Positions 30,222-42,671 of a DNA stretch of 64,000 bases are shown in pieces. The DNA is taken from contig JBJOMY010000005.1 in assembly GCA_046052125.1 (NCBI GenBank), forward strand, positions 208,376-272,375, given 5' to 3'. The notes beneath the pieces are model-generated. The model did not search any database. It had not been told where the DNA came from and worked only from the letters and a program-made list of their open reading frames with translations. The number at the start of each line of letters is the position of its first letter. The first letter of the stretch is position 1. The position numbers and the translations under genes were made by a program. The DNA comes from Cyanobacteriota bacterium (GTDB lineage: Bacteria > Cyanobacteriota > Cyanobacteriia > PCC-6307 > Cyanobiaceae).

Positions 30222-31268
30222 GTGAGTCAGACCCTGTCATCGCTGGCCCGGATGACCTTGCGCCAACTGCGCCAGGTGGCGAGCGAGCTGGGTGTGACCC
30301 TCTACAGCCGCAAAACGAAGGAAGAGCTGGTGAGCGCCATCGGCGAGCGCCAAGCCGATCTCACCAGCCTTGAGCAGGAGCACGCCCCGAGCCGGCAGCT
30401 CGATGAAACCCGGGTGGTGTTTCTCCCACGCGATCCCCAGTGGGCCTACGTGTTCTGGGAAATCTGCGAACGCGACCGCCAGCAGGCCTTCAAGGCAGGC
30501 GCCAGCCAGCTGTGCCTGCGCGTGGCCGATGTCACCGGAATGAACAACGGCGGCAGCCACCCGCACACCCTCCAAGAGGTACCGGTGGATAGCCACGCCA
30601 CCGAGTGGTATCTCCCCGTTCCCCTGAGCGATCGCGATTACCGCGTCGAGCTCGGCTACCGCGTGAGCGGTGGCGGCTGGATCTCGTTGGCCTTCTCCTC
30701 GGTGGCACGGGTGCCAGCGCTGCACCCCAGCGAGCAGATCCTCGATCAGTTCGTGCCCTTCTCACTCGACACGCCTCCCACCACCATCAGCCCGCAGACG
30801 CTGCCCAGCAGCGACAACGGCCTGCATGAGCGGCTCTACCAAACCGCAACCCTGGGCACCCGCCGTCTCGGCCGTGGCTCCGAGGCCTTCCACGAACTCG
30901 ATCAGGGCAGCGGCGCCGGCTTGAACGCCTCGGGCGCGGGCGTTTGGGCCAGCGGTCGCAGCGAATCGGGTTCCGGTGTTGTGGCCCCTCGGCAGCGCTC
31001 GTTCTGGCTGGTAGCTGATGCCGAACTGATCGTGTACGGCGCCACCGATCCCTCCGCCAAGCTCAGCATTGGCGGCGAGGAGGTTCCTCTCTCCAGCGAC
31101 GGCACCTTCCGGATCCAGGTGCCGTTCCGGGATGGTCAGCAGGTGTACGCGATCGAGGCCGTGGCAGCCGATGGCGAACAGAAGCGCAACATCACGCTCG
31201 ATTTCGAGCGCACCACTCCGGAAGACAACAGCAACCCGAGCGATCAAGCTGTGGCGGAATGGTTCTGA
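30222..31268 (+). CDS. DUF4912 protein with Rho-N-like N-terminal domain
   Basis: MTLRQLRQVA...YSRKTKEEL, LPRDPQWAYVFWEI, FWLVADAELIVYGAT. Confidence 0.9.
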   Translation: MSQTLSSLARMTLRQLRQVASELGVTLYSRKTKEELVSAIGERQADLTSLEQEHAPSRQLDETRVVFLPRDPQWAYVFWEICERDRQQAFKAGASQLCLRVADVTGMNNGGSHPHTLQEVPVDSHATEWYLPVPLSDRDYRVELGYRVSGGGWISLAFSSVARVPALHPSEQILDQFVPFSLDTPPTTISPQTLPSSDNGLHERLYQTATLGTRRLGRGSEAFHELDQGSGAGLNASGAGVWASGRSESGSGVVAPRQRSFWLVADAELIVYGATDPSAKLSIGGEEVPLSSDGTFRIQVPFRDGQQVYAIEAVAADGEQKRNITLDFERTTPEDNSNPSDQAVAEWF

Positions 31269-31278
31269 GCGCCCTGCG

Positions 31279-31452
31279 ATGAAAGCCCTTGTGGCCCTCA
31301 CGCCGATCACGGGAGCCGTGGTGCTCCCGTTGGTGGTGACCCTGTTGATGGTGAAGGTGAACATCGGCACCGGGGTGCTGGCCGCCGTTGTGGCGAGCAG
31401 CCTCTGGTTTGTGGCGATGCTGCGCACCTCGGAACTGCCTGAACACGGCTGA
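31279..31452 (+). CDS. Small two-TM hypothetical protein
   Basis: MKALVALTPITG...LWFVAMLRTSELPEHG. Confidence 0.7.
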   Translation: MKALVALTPITGAVVLPLVVTLLMVKVNIGTGVLAAVVASSLWFVAMLRTSELPEHG

Positions 31453-31498
31453 GGCCCGGGCCAGCGGGGAATGCTCCTGAGAGCACAGGATTGGCTGC

Positions 31499-32944
31499 GT
31501 GGGCAATTCCCTAAGGCGATGGGGCGGCGGCTGCAGCCTGATCGCCCTGGCCCTGATGCAGGGTTGCGGCATCGAGGCTGGCCGAGTGCTCGGAACACGG
31601 CCCGATCCATTGCCGTTGCCTGCCGGCATCAGCGTGGCGTTCAACCACCGCAGCGATGGCCACTACCGCAGCCCCATCCACGGCCAACCGCGCAATGGCG
31701 ACGACCTTGAAGCGCTGCTGATCAGCAACATCAAGGCCGCCAAACGCGAAATCCTGGTGGCCGTGCAGGAGCTCTCCCTGCCGAAGATCGCGCTGGCTCT
31801 GGCGCAGCAACATCGCCGCGGGATCAGCGTGAAGGTGGTGCTGGAAAACACCTACAGCACCCCTTGGAGCGAGCAGCACGAGGCGGAGCTCGATGGCCAT
31901 GGGCGCCAACGGCACCAGCTGCTCAAGGCCCTGGCCGACAGCAACCATGACGGCCAACTCAGCCTTGAGGAACAGCGCAGCGGTGATGCCGTGGCGATCC
32001 TCCAAGCCGCCGGGATTCCGCTGCTGGATGACACGGCCGATGGCAGCAAGGGCAGCGCCCTGATGCACTCGAAATATGTGGTGATCGACCGCCGGGTGGT
32101 GATCACCGGTTCAACCAACTTCACCGCCTCCTGCATCCATGGCGACGCGGCAGACCCGAGCACACGCGGCAATGTGAACCACCTGCTGCGGCTTGAGGGC
32201 GCCGAGCTAGCGGAACGCTTCGCCAGCGATTTCAGCCAGATGTGGGGCGATGGGCCTGGCGGTGAACCCGACAGCCGCTTTGGCCTAGCGAAGCAGTCGG
32301 GCCCAGCCGCTCAAGTGCTGGTGGGCACAACGCCTGTGGAGGTGCTGTTCGCCCCCCACAAACGCAACGATCCGCATCACGGACTGGCACTGATCGCCAA
32401 CACCTTGGCCACCGCGCAGAGCCGCGTTGATCTGGCCCTGTTTGTGTTCTCCGCCCAATCCCTCACCGATGTGCTCACGCAGCTGAGGGGGCGCGGCGTC
32501 CGTCTACGGCTCCTGGCGGATCCGGGCTTTGCCAGCCGCTCCTTCTCCGAGGTGCTCGACCTACTCGGCGTCGCTATGGCGGATCGACACTGCAAGTTGG
32601 AAGCCAACAACCGCCCGGTTGCGGTAGCCGCCGAGGGTGTGGGCATTCCGCGCCTGGCCAGGGGGGACAAGCTGCATCACAAGTTCGCGGTTCTCGATGG
32701 CAAGACCGTGATCACAGGGAGCTTCAACTGGAGCCCGAGCGCCGCTCATCAAAACGATGAGGTGTTGCTGGTGATCCACTCACCATTGCTCGCAGCACAC
32801 TTCACCCGAGAGATGGATCGCCTCTGGAAGGGGGCGGAGCTGGGGATCACAGAGCGACTGCTTCGGAAGCTGCAGGACAACCGCAGGCGCTGCGGCAGTG
32901 GGGTCCAGCGGGAGTCGACGCAGGTGAGCAGCACCCAGCCCTGA
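31499..32944 (+). CDS. Phospholipase D-like nuclease (cyanobacterial ComA-related), probable lipoprotein
   Basis: Two HKD motifs (HSKYVVID...GSTN, HHKFAVLD...GSFN); LMQGC lipobox. Confidence 0.85.
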   Translation: MGNSLRRWGGGCSLIALALMQGCGIEAGRVLGTRPDPLPLPAGISVAFNHRSDGHYRSPIHGQPRNGDDLEALLISNIKAAKREILVAVQELSLPKIALALAQQHRRGISVKVVLENTYSTPWSEQHEAELDGHGRQRHQLLKALADSNHDGQLSLEEQRSGDAVAILQAAGIPLLDDTADGSKGSALMHSKYVVIDRRVVITGSTNFTASCIHGDAADPSTRGNVNHLLRLEGAELAERFASDFSQMWGDGPGGEPDSRFGLAKQSGPAAQVLVGTTPVEVLFAPHKRNDPHHGLALIANTLATAQSRVDLALFVFSAQSLTDVLTQLRGRGVRLRLLADPGFASRSFSEVLDLLGVAMADRHCKLEANNRPVAVAAEGVGIPRLARGDKLHHKFAVLDGKTVITGSFNWSPSAAHQNDEVLLVIHSPLLAAHFTREMDRLWKGAELGITERLLRKLQDNRRRCGSGVQRESTQVSSTQP

Positions 32945-32978
32945 AAGGCAGCAGGATGGGCAGACCACTGAGCAGAGC

Positions 32979-33163
32979 TTGATGGCGCAGCCCTCCCACC
33001 AGCTGTTGATCCTGCTGCCCTGGAGCGTGTTTGCCCTGGCTGCGGGGCTGAAGTTCTGGCAGATGAGCCGCTGGCTGCGGCGGCCATTGATGGAGAGCCG
33101 CACCAACACCGATCAGATGCGGGCCTCGCTGGAGCGGATCTGGCAGCGCCAACAAAACGCAGC

Positions 33164-33167
<4 letters not shown>
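32979..33167 (+). CDS. Small single-TM hypothetical protein
   Basis: One TM helix then LERIW; overlaps the start of the next gene. Confidence 0.65.
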
Positions 33168-35333
<2,166 letters not shown>

Positions 35334-35347
35334 TCACACGACGAACG

Positions 35348-35397
35348 CCACAGAAGGCAGAGAAGATCTGAATTGAGCCCTTCTCTGCCTTCTGTGG
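35348..35397. terminator. 18-bp perfect inverted repeat between convergent genes
   Basis: CCACAGAAGGCAGAGAAG-N14-CTTCTCTGCCTTCTGTGG. Confidence 0.7.
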
Positions 35398-35400
35398 TCC

Positions 35401-35826
35401 TCAGGAACGCTCTAGCTCAGCCAGATAACTCACGTGAACGGGGCGCGTCCAATAAAGGGCTACCGGAATCGCAACCAACTCGTTGATGAACATGGTACGG
35501 ATGTAAGACGCCAGCTCGATTTGCCCTTGAGCCAGCAGCCAGAGCTGAGCCACCAGGATCTTGATCACGCCGGCCCACAGGATCACCCGCAGCCAGTTCA
35601 GAGCGTTCAAGGACTTGCGAGTCGCCACGCCAAACATCGCGATCAAAACGGCGATCGACAGAACAATTCCGAGTGAGTGCGGCAGCACCAGCTCAGTGAT
35701 GCCACGGGCTGGATACACCCGCAGTCCGGCAATGAAGATGGCCAGCAAGACCGCCTGGTGCACATAAACAATCCGTGAGAACAAGCCAAAGCCACGGGGC
35801 TTGGTCTGTCGATGATCGGACGTCAT
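35401..35826 (-). CDS. Hypothetical membrane protein (about 4 TM)
   Basis: ATG overlaps the RND stop (TGATG); four hydrophobic segments. Confidence 0.75.
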   Translation of the reverse strand: MTSDHRQTKPRGFGLFSRIVYVHQAVLLAIFIAGLRVYPARGITELVLPHSLGIVLSIAVLIAMFGVATRKSLNALNWLRVILWAGVIKILVAQLWLLAQGQIELASYIRTMFINELVAIPVALYWTRPVHVSYLAELERS

Positions 35827-38800
35827 CAATTGGGGCCAGACAGGGTTGGCGCTGCAGTGCTGCTGGGATCATCGTCGCGGCCACCACCGTCACCAAACCA
35901 GCGCTCCTCGAGGTTCTTGATCGCCACATAGAACGGTGGCACCACACCGAGTGAGAGCACCGTGGCCACCATCAGGCCACCAAAGATCACCGTTCCCAGC
36001 GACTGCTGACTGTTAGCTCCAGCCGTGGTGGCCACCACCAGAGGCAGGAAGCCAGCCAGTGATGCAATCGCCGTCATCAGGATCGGGCGCATGCGTGATT
36101 CCGCAGCCGCCATCGCTGCTTCTGGAACGCTCATCCCAGCCTCCAGATGCTGCTCGGCAACCTCCACAATCAGGATGCCGTTCTTGGCCGCCAGACCAAT
36201 CAACGTCACCAGACCTACCTGGGCATAGATGTTGAGATCGATCGAGCGGATGGCCAAGAACACCAATGCACCGAGCATCGCCAAAGGCACGGTCATCAAG
36301 ATGATCACCGGCGTCACATAGCTCTCGTATTGCGCCGAGAGCACCAGATACACGATCAGGATGCCCAAGGCAAACACCAGCACGCTTGCGCTACCGGCTG
36401 AAAGCTGCAGTGCAGCGATACCGGTGAAGGCATAGCCAATGTTGTTGAAATCGAGGCTATTGAAGATGTTCTGAATCGCGGTGAGAGCCTGTCCGGAGCT
36501 CTTGCCGATCGCCTCAGCACCCTGCACCAGCACCGTGCGATAGAGGTTGTAATGGCTGATCACCGGTGGTGCACTGCTGAGATCCGCTTCAGCGAACTCC
36601 GACACCTGCACCAACTTGCCGTCGCGGTTGCGAACGTAGTAACTGAGAACGTCGTCGAGGTTGCTGCGCTGATCCGGTTGCGACTGCACATAGATGTTGC
36701 GCACCTGACCGCTCTCATAGGTGAGGCCCGAATAGTTGCCACCCGCGAGCACAGCGATGGTTTGCATCGCCTGCTGGAAATCAACGTTCAGAGCACCCAG
36801 GGTTGAGCGATCGATCTTCAAACCGAAAGCCGGTGCACTGGGCACAAACTGCGTATAGAGGGTGGAGAACTGACCACTGGCCTGGCCTGCATTCACCAGC
36901 TGCTCAGCCAAGTCATTGAGCTGAGTGAAGGTGTAAGCGCCGTTGCTGAGGTCGTTGAACTGGAAATAGAAGCCACCCTGCGCTGAGAAGCCCGGAATCG
37001 CAGGCGGTTGAGCTGCAACCGCAAGGCCGCTATCCAATTTGGACAGCTTCTCATTCAGCCGGGCAACGATCGCAGGGGCCTTGTTGTCTGCTCCCGAGCG
37101 CTCATCTAGAGGTTTGAAGCCATAGAAGAACAACCCCTGATCGGGGCTGTTGCCATTGAAGCCGGCGCCACTGATCACACTGCCTGAAATGATGTCGTCT
37201 TCCTCGTTCAAAACCTGGGCAATCTGCGCACCCACCTTCTGCGTTTGAGACAGGGAAGCACCGTTTTGAAGCTGGAAGATACCGAGGCCATAACCCTGGT
37301 CTTCCTCGGGGATAAATGCGGAGGGCAGGGCATTGAAGGCAATCGCGGTCACGACGATGCCACTGGCCAGGCCCATCAGGATCAGCCGGCGGCGATCGAT
37401 CAGCAGCCTGAGCAACTTGGCGTAGTTCTGCTCCAGTCGATGGAAGGCGTCGTTGAACCCATCGAAGATCGATGCCAAACGGCTGCCTGCAAAACCGAAG
37501 AGCAGCACACCAAAGACGTACGCACCGATCCCGAAGGAAGCTGCGCTGAACCGTCCAAAAGCAAGGCCAACCACGATGCCGGCCACAGTCCAGGTCCAAC
37601 CTTTGGGCTTTGGCGGCTTCTCGGTTTTGAGAATCAAGCCCGCCATCATCGGAGAGAAGGTGAGGGCGTTGAAGGTGGAAATGGCGATAGCGAAGGCGAT
37701 CGTGAGAGCGAACTGGCGGTAAATGATGCCGATGCCGCCTGGGTAGAAAGCCACCGGCACAAAAACGGCCATGAGCACCAGGGAGGTGGCAATCAGCGCG
37801 CCGATCAGCTCGCCCATACAAGCCAACGCCGCCTGACGGGGGCGCATCCCGCTCTCCAGGTTCTTCGCCACGGCCTCAATCACCACGATGGCGTCGTCCA
37901 CCACCAAACCCGTGGCCAACACCAGACCGAGCAAGGTGAGCTGGTTGATCGAGAACCCAAAAGCCTTGATGAAGGCGAAGGTTCCAATCAGAGAAATGGG
38001 AATCGCAAGGCTCGGCACCACCGTGGCCCGCCAGTCCTGCAGGAAGAGGAACAGGATCACCAGCACCAGCACGATGGCCAAACCGAGGGCATCGGTCACG
38101 CCATCAACAGCGGACTCAATGAACTGACCAACGTTGTAGATCTCCGTGACCGTGATCCCAGGCGGCACCTGAGTGCGGAACTGATCCATCAGTGCCACCA
38201 CAGCCTCGCTCACCTGCAGAGCATTGCTCTCAGGTGTCTGGTAGACGCCAACGGTGATGGCAGGGTGGTTCGCAATATCAACACCAGCAGTGGAATAGGT
38301 GTTGAAGCCGTAGGAGGCTTCACCTACATCCTTCAGGCGTAAGAGATTGCCGGCAGGTGACTTACCAACAATCAATTGATTGAGTTGCTCAACGGACACC
38401 AAATTGCCGTTGTCCTCCACCAGGATGGGGTAGGTGAACATCTGGTTACCACCAGCTGGGGGACCACCCACGAGGCCACCGATGGCCACCGAGTTCTGGC
38501 TGCGGACTGCCGTCACAACTTGATCAGCAGTGAGTTGGTTGGCCGTGAGCTTGTCGGGGTCAACGAACAACCAGAACGCCGGGTTGCTACCACCAAACAA
38601 CGTGGCCTGTGCAACACCTGGGATGCGTTCAAGCTGGTAGTAAAGCTGCTCGTAAATCAGTCCGTTGATGTAAGAGCGGTCGAACTGCCCCTCGGTGGAG
38701 CTCACCTGGTAAGCGAGCAGAATCGATGGCGTTGTTTGCAACACCGACACACCGGTGCTGCTCACCTGCGATGGCAGCTGTGGCATCGCCAGGGACACGC

Positions 38801-39134
38801 GGTTCTGCACGTTCACCTGGTCGATATTGATATCGGTGTCTTCATCGAAGAAGATATTGACCGTGCTCGAGCCCGTATTAGTGCTCAGCGAGGAGATATA
38901 AGCCGAGCCAGGCACACCATTGATCTGCTGCTCAAGCACATTGGTGACAGCCTGCTCTGTGACCAGAGAATTGGCTCCGGCGTAGGTCGCCGTGACCTGA
39001 ACCTGAGGCGGAGCAATATTGGGAAGGTTTTCAATCGGCAGCGTTGGGATGGCAATCAAGCCAACCAACACAATCAAGATGCTGCAAACGGTCGTGAGGA
39101 CCGGACGCTTGATGAAATTATCGGAGAGTGACAT
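35826..39134 (-). CDS. RND efflux permease (HAE1/AcrB family)
   Basis: FIKRPV, GLVVDDAIVVIE, GLAAKNGILIVE, RMRPILMT. Confidence 0.96.
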   Translation of the reverse strand: MSLSDNFIKRPVLTTVCSILIVLVGLIAIPTLPIENLPNIAPPQVQVTATYAGANSLVTEQAVTNVLEQQINGVPGSAYISSLSTNTGSSTVNIFFDEDTDINIDQVNVQNRVSLAMPQLPSQVSSTGVSVLQTTPSILLAYQVSSTEGQFDRSYINGLIYEQLYYQLERIPGVAQATLFGGSNPAFWLFVDPDKLTANQLTADQVVTAVRSQNSVAIGGLVGGPPAGGNQMFTYPILVEDNGNLVSVEQLNQLIVGKSPAGNLLRLKDVGEASYGFNTYSTAGVDIANHPAITVGVYQTPESNALQVSEAVVALMDQFRTQVPPGITVTEIYNVGQFIESAVDGVTDALGLAIVLVLVILFLFLQDWRATVVPSLAIPISLIGTFAFIKAFGFSINQLTLLGLVLATGLVVDDAIVVIEAVAKNLESGMRPRQAALACMGELIGALIATSLVLMAVFVPVAFYPGGIGIIYRQFALTIAFAIAISTFNALTFSPMMAGLILKTEKPPKPKGWTWTVAGIVVGLAFGRFSAASFGIGAYVFGVLLFGFAGSRLASIFDGFNDAFHRLEQNYAKLLRLLIDRRRLILMGLASGIVVTAIAFNALPSAFIPEEDQGYGLGIFQLQNGASLSQTQKVGAQIAQVLNEEDDIISGSVISGAGFNGNSPDQGLFFYGFKPLDERSGADNKAPAIVARLNEKLSKLDSGLAVAAQPPAIPGFSAQGGFYFQFNDLSNGAYTFTQLNDLAEQLVNAGQASGQFSTLYTQFVPSAPAFGLKIDRSTLGALNVDFQQAMQTIAVLAGGNYSGLTYESGQVRNIYVQSQPDQRSNLDDVLSYYVRNRDGKLVQVSEFAEADLSSAPPVISHYNLYRTVLVQGAEAIGKSSGQALTAIQNIFNSLDFNNIGYAFTGIAALQLSAGSASVLVFALGILIVYLVLSAQYESYVTPVIILMTVPLAMLGALVFLAIRSIDLNIYAQVGLVTLIGLAAKNGILIVEVAEQHLEAGMSVPEAAMAAAESRMRPILMTAIASLAGFLPLVVATTAGANSQQSLGTVIFGGLMVATVLSLGVVPPFYVAIKNLEERWFGDGGGRDDDPSSTAAPTLSGPN

Positions 39135-39147
39135 ATCTGATTACTCC

Positions 39148-40272
39148 TCAGTTGGCAGCCGCAGGGCCAATCTTCACGGGCAGGCCTGTGCGCAACAGGG
39201 CGGTATTGCTCACCACAATGCGCTCACCCTTCTGCAGACCTGAGATCAGCGGATAGCGATTGCCTTGAAGCTGGCCAAGCTGAACGGGGGTCTGCACCAC
39301 GATCGGGGTTGCAGGCGGGAGCGCCTCCAACTTTTTCTTCGCGGCGTCCGGAAGCGTTGTGGATGCTTTGATCTTGGGAAGCGCCTGAGCCAGGCTGACG
39401 ATCTTGTAGACGAAGGGCTGCTGGGCCTGCATCAGAACAGCGTTCACAGGCACCGACAACTGACGGCTACTACCCGTGATGATCCTGTTTTTCACGTATT
39501 GCCCCGTCTTCAATGCACCATTTGGGTTAGGAAACACCGCCTTCACCAGCACCGTGTTTGGCGAAGAAGAAGACCCACTCACGCCGAAGTAGGGGGAGAT
39601 GAACACCACCTTTCCGTTGGCGGTTAACGGGGGATTCGTCTGCGTCGCGAGCCGAACCGGCTGCCCCATCTTGACGCTGAGCGCCTGGGTCGCCGGGACA
39701 TCCATCAAGGTCCAGAGATTGGAATTATCAACAATCCCCGTAATCGCCTGACCTTGCCTCACATAATCGCCAATCTTGACAGTGTCGAGGTCGCCGATTT
39801 CTCCGTTAATCGGAGCCGTCACGTATTTGTATCCGAGCGTGGCGGCATTAGCCTTAACTTGGTCTCGGCTCTGAATCGCCTGAGTCACATAAAAATCACG
39901 ATCGCGCGTTGAAACCGCTCCCTGATCATTCAAGAAGATGTAACGCTCGGCATTGAGCCGATCCTTGCGCGCTTCCGCTTGGGAGGCGTTCAGTTGAGCC
40001 GTCTGCTGCACGTTGTCGAGCACCAGAATCGGCTGCCCTGCCTTCACCTGCTGCCCCTGGCTCACCAGGATCTTCACCACACGGCCGTCGGTTTCAGGCC
40101 GCAGCGCCACATCCGTGGTGGAGCTGAGAACGCTGATCACATCAATCGAGGGATTGAAGTCGGCCTCGCCGATGCTCTCCACCTGCACCACCAACGGCGG
40201 CCGAGTCGGGGGCTTCGCTCCACACCCCACCAACAGGGCAATCAGTGGGAGGGGAGCCAGGTAGCGCCGCAC
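39148..40272 (-). CDS. RND periplasmic adaptor (MFP) lipoprotein
   Basis: LLVGC lipobox, GRVVKILVSQGQQVKAGQ, VTAPINGEIG, GLQKGERIV. Confidence 0.93.
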   Translation of the reverse strand: MRRYLAPLPLIALLVGCGAKPPTRPPLVVQVESIGEADFNPSIDVISVLSSTTDVALRPETDGRVVKILVSQGQQVKAGQPILVLDNVQQTAQLNASQAEARKDRLNAERYIFLNDQGAVSTRDRDFYVTQAIQSRDQVKANAATLGYKYVTAPINGEIGDLDTVKIGDYVRQGQAITGIVDNSNLWTLMDVPATQALSVKMGQPVRLATQTNPPLTANGKVVFISPYFGVSGSSSSPNTVLVKAVFPNPNGALKTGQYVKNRIITGSSRQLSVPVNAVLMQAQQPFVYKIVSLAQALPKIKASTTLPDAAKKKLEALPPATPIVVQTPVQLGQLQGNRYPLISGLQKGERIVVSNTALLRTGLPVKIGPAAAN

Positions 40273-40351
40273 GGTCCATTGACAGCAGAGCGCAAGTTAC
40301 CGGATCTGCAGCGTTCTTTCATCGGATGATGGCTGCAGAACACAAGACGGC

Positions 40352-42556
40352 GTGAGCGATCTGTTCAGCCATCGCGGCGAGCAGCTGCGCCAGAACCTGG
40401 CCCCCTTGGCCGATCGGATGCGGCCCCGCACCCTGGACGACTTCCAGGGTCAGGAAGAGATTCTGGGGCCAGGTCGCCTGTTGCGCCGGGCCATCACGGC
40501 CGATCGCGTCGGCAATCTGATCCTCTACGGACCGCCCGGAGTGGGCAAAACCACCCTGGCGCGGATCATCGCCGCCACCACCCGCGCCCACTTCAGCAGC
40601 CTCAACGCTGTGTTGGCGGGGGTGAAAGATCTGCGCGCTGAAGTGGATGAAGCGCGCCGCCGGCTGGAGCAACACGGCCTGCGCAGCCTGCTGTTCATCG
40701 ATGAGGTGCACCGCTTCAACAGCGCCCAGCAGGACGCCCTGCTGCCCTGGGTGGAGAACGGCACCGTGACGCTGATCGGCGCCACCACCGAGAACCCGTT
40801 CTTCGAGGTGAACAAAGCGCTGGTGAGCCGCTCGCGCCTATTCCGCCTCCAGCCACTCCTGCCCCGGCACCTGCACCAGCTGCTGCAGCGCGCCTTGAGC
40901 GACAGCGAGCACGGCTACGGCGACCGCCAGGTGGTGATCAGCCCTGAAGCCGCTGAGCATCTAGTGGATGTGGCCGGCGGCGATGCCCGCAGTCTGCTCA
41001 ATGCCCTGGAGCTGGCGGTGGAAACCACCGAGCCCGATGAGCGCGGGGTGATCGCCATCGATCTGGCGATCGCCGAGGAATCGATCCAGCAGCGGGCGGT
41101 GCTCTACGACAAGCAGGGCGATGCCCACTTCGACACCATCAGCGCCTTCATCAAATCGCTGCGGGGCAGCGACCCTGATGCGGCGCTGTTCTGGTTGGCC
41201 CGCATGGTGGAGGCCGGAGAGAACCCTCGCTTCATCTTCCGGCGCATGCTCATCTCCGCCGGCGAAGACATCGGCCTGGCCGACCCGCAGGCGGTGGTGG
41301 TGGTGGAAGCCTGCGCCGCCGCCTTTGAGCGCGTGGGGCTGCCGGAAGGCCTCTACCCTCTGGCCCAGGCGGCCCTCTATCTGGCGAGCACCGAGAAGAG
41401 CAACAGCCTGCTCGGCTTCTTCGATGCCTTGAAAGCGGTGAAGGCCACCAGCCAGCAACAGGTGCCGGCCCATCTGCGCGATGCCAACCGCGATGGCAAA
41501 GCCTTCGGCGATGGCGTGGGCTACCGCTACCCGCATGCCTACGCGGAGCACTGGGTGGCGCAGCAATACCTACCCACAGCGCTGCAAGGGCAGCTCTATT
41601 GGCAACCGGGACAGCTGGGCTGGGAAGGCCAGCGCCGCCAGCAATTGCAGCAGCGGCGGGCCGCCCAACTGGCCGCCGCCGCGGAACACGAAGCCGAGCT
41701 CGGAGACGTGCTCACCAGCAGCCCCGAGGATCCTGCCCTGGAGCGCTGGTTGCAACGACAGCTCGGCAGCGAAGGGGAGCGGCTGGATCAGCTGCGCAGC
41801 CAGCTGTGGGATCAGGCCCACTGGCAGCGCCACGACAGGGTGCTGATCCTCGGGGCCCGTTCCCTGCTCTGGGCCCTGGATCCGCTGCAGCAGACCCCCG
41901 AAGGCGGCGTGGTGATTCAGGCCGCCAGCAACGCCGACAGCGAACGCCTTCAGGCCCAGCTGCGGGTGCTCGACAGCCTGAGGCAGCCACTCATCCTGTC
42001 GACACCCCTCGAGCAACTAGCCGGGGCCCTCGACGCTGACCTGACCTTCGAATGGATTGCCGCCCGCCATCCCTTCCGCAATCTCAACCACACCCAGCTC
42101 GAAGCGGCCATTGAGGCACTGCACCACTTGGCATCTCCCTCCGCCGAGCTGCGCTTGCTGTTCAGCCAACCGCAGCTCGGCCCGGCTGCGGCCCTGCTCA
42201 GCATCAACAACCTCCCAGACAATCTGAGCACCCTGCTGGAGCCGGCGCAGGCCAAGGAAGCGGGCTGGATGCAGCAGCAACCTGATCTGGAGCAGCTGAG
42301 CTCCCAGCTGGAGAAGCACGGCTGGACCCTGCAGTGGCAGCGCTGGATCGAACCGCTGGAGCTAAGCCTGAACGCCGGCCTGATTGAGCGTTGGCTTGGC
42401 GCAGACGCGACCTATCGCCGTGAGCTCAGCGGTGTGCTCAACGCGAGCCAGCTCAAAACCCTGGAGCAGGGGCTGACCTCTCTGATGGGACAGCGCCTGC
42501 CTCAGCAACTGCAACATCACAAACTCATCGCCCAACGCCGCGGCCCAGTGCATTGA
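40352..42556 (+). CDS. rarA: Replication-associated recombination protein A (MgsA) with C-terminal extension
   Basis: [45 protein letters not shown]. Confidence 0.93.
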   Translation: MSDLFSHRGEQLRQNLAPLADRMRPRTLDDFQGQEEILGPGRLLRRAITADRVGNLILYGPPGVGKTTLARIIAATTRAHFSSLNAVLAGVKDLRAEVDEARRRLEQHGLRSLLFIDEVHRFNSAQQDALLPWVENGTVTLIGATTENPFFEVNKALVSRSRLFRLQPLLPRHLHQLLQRALSDSEHGYGDRQVVISPEAAEHLVDVAGGDARSLLNALELAVETTEPDERGVIAIDLAIAEESIQQRAVLYDKQGDAHFDTISAFIKSLRGSDPDAALFWLARMVEAGENPRFIFRRMLISAGEDIGLADPQAVVVVEACAAAFERVGLPEGLYPLAQAALYLASTEKSNSLLGFFDALKAVKATSQQQVPAHLRDANRDGKAFGDGVGYRYPHAYAEHWVAQQYLPTALQGQLYWQPGQLGWEGQRRQQLQQRRAAQLAAAAEHEAELGDVLTSSPEDPALERWLQRQLGSEGERLDQLRSQLWDQAHWQRHDRVLILGARSLLWALDPLQQTPEGGVVIQAASNADSERLQAQLRVLDSLRQPLILSTPLEQLAGALDADLTFEWIAARHPFRNLNHTQLEAAIEALHHLASPSAELRLLFSQPQLGPAAALLSINNLPDNLSTLLEPAQAKEAGWMQQQPDLEQLSSQLEKHGWTLQWQRWIEPLELSLNAGLIERWLGADATYRRELSGVLNASQLKTLEQGLTSLMGQRLPQQLQHHKLIAQRRGPVH

Positions 42557-42588
42557 GCCGTTGGCGCAGCGCTCGGGCGCTCCACAGC

Positions 42589-42618
42589 AAAACGGCCCCT
42601 GCCCGAGGGCAGAGGCCG
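42589..42618 (-). terminator. Intrinsic terminator after the DUF1400-like gene
   Basis: Minus strand CGGCCTCTGCCC-TC-GGGCAGGGGCCG-TTTT. Confidence 0.7.
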
Positions 42619-42671
42619 CAAGCTCGACATCAACCTGACGATGTCAACCCATCGCCAGGTCGATCAGTCGA

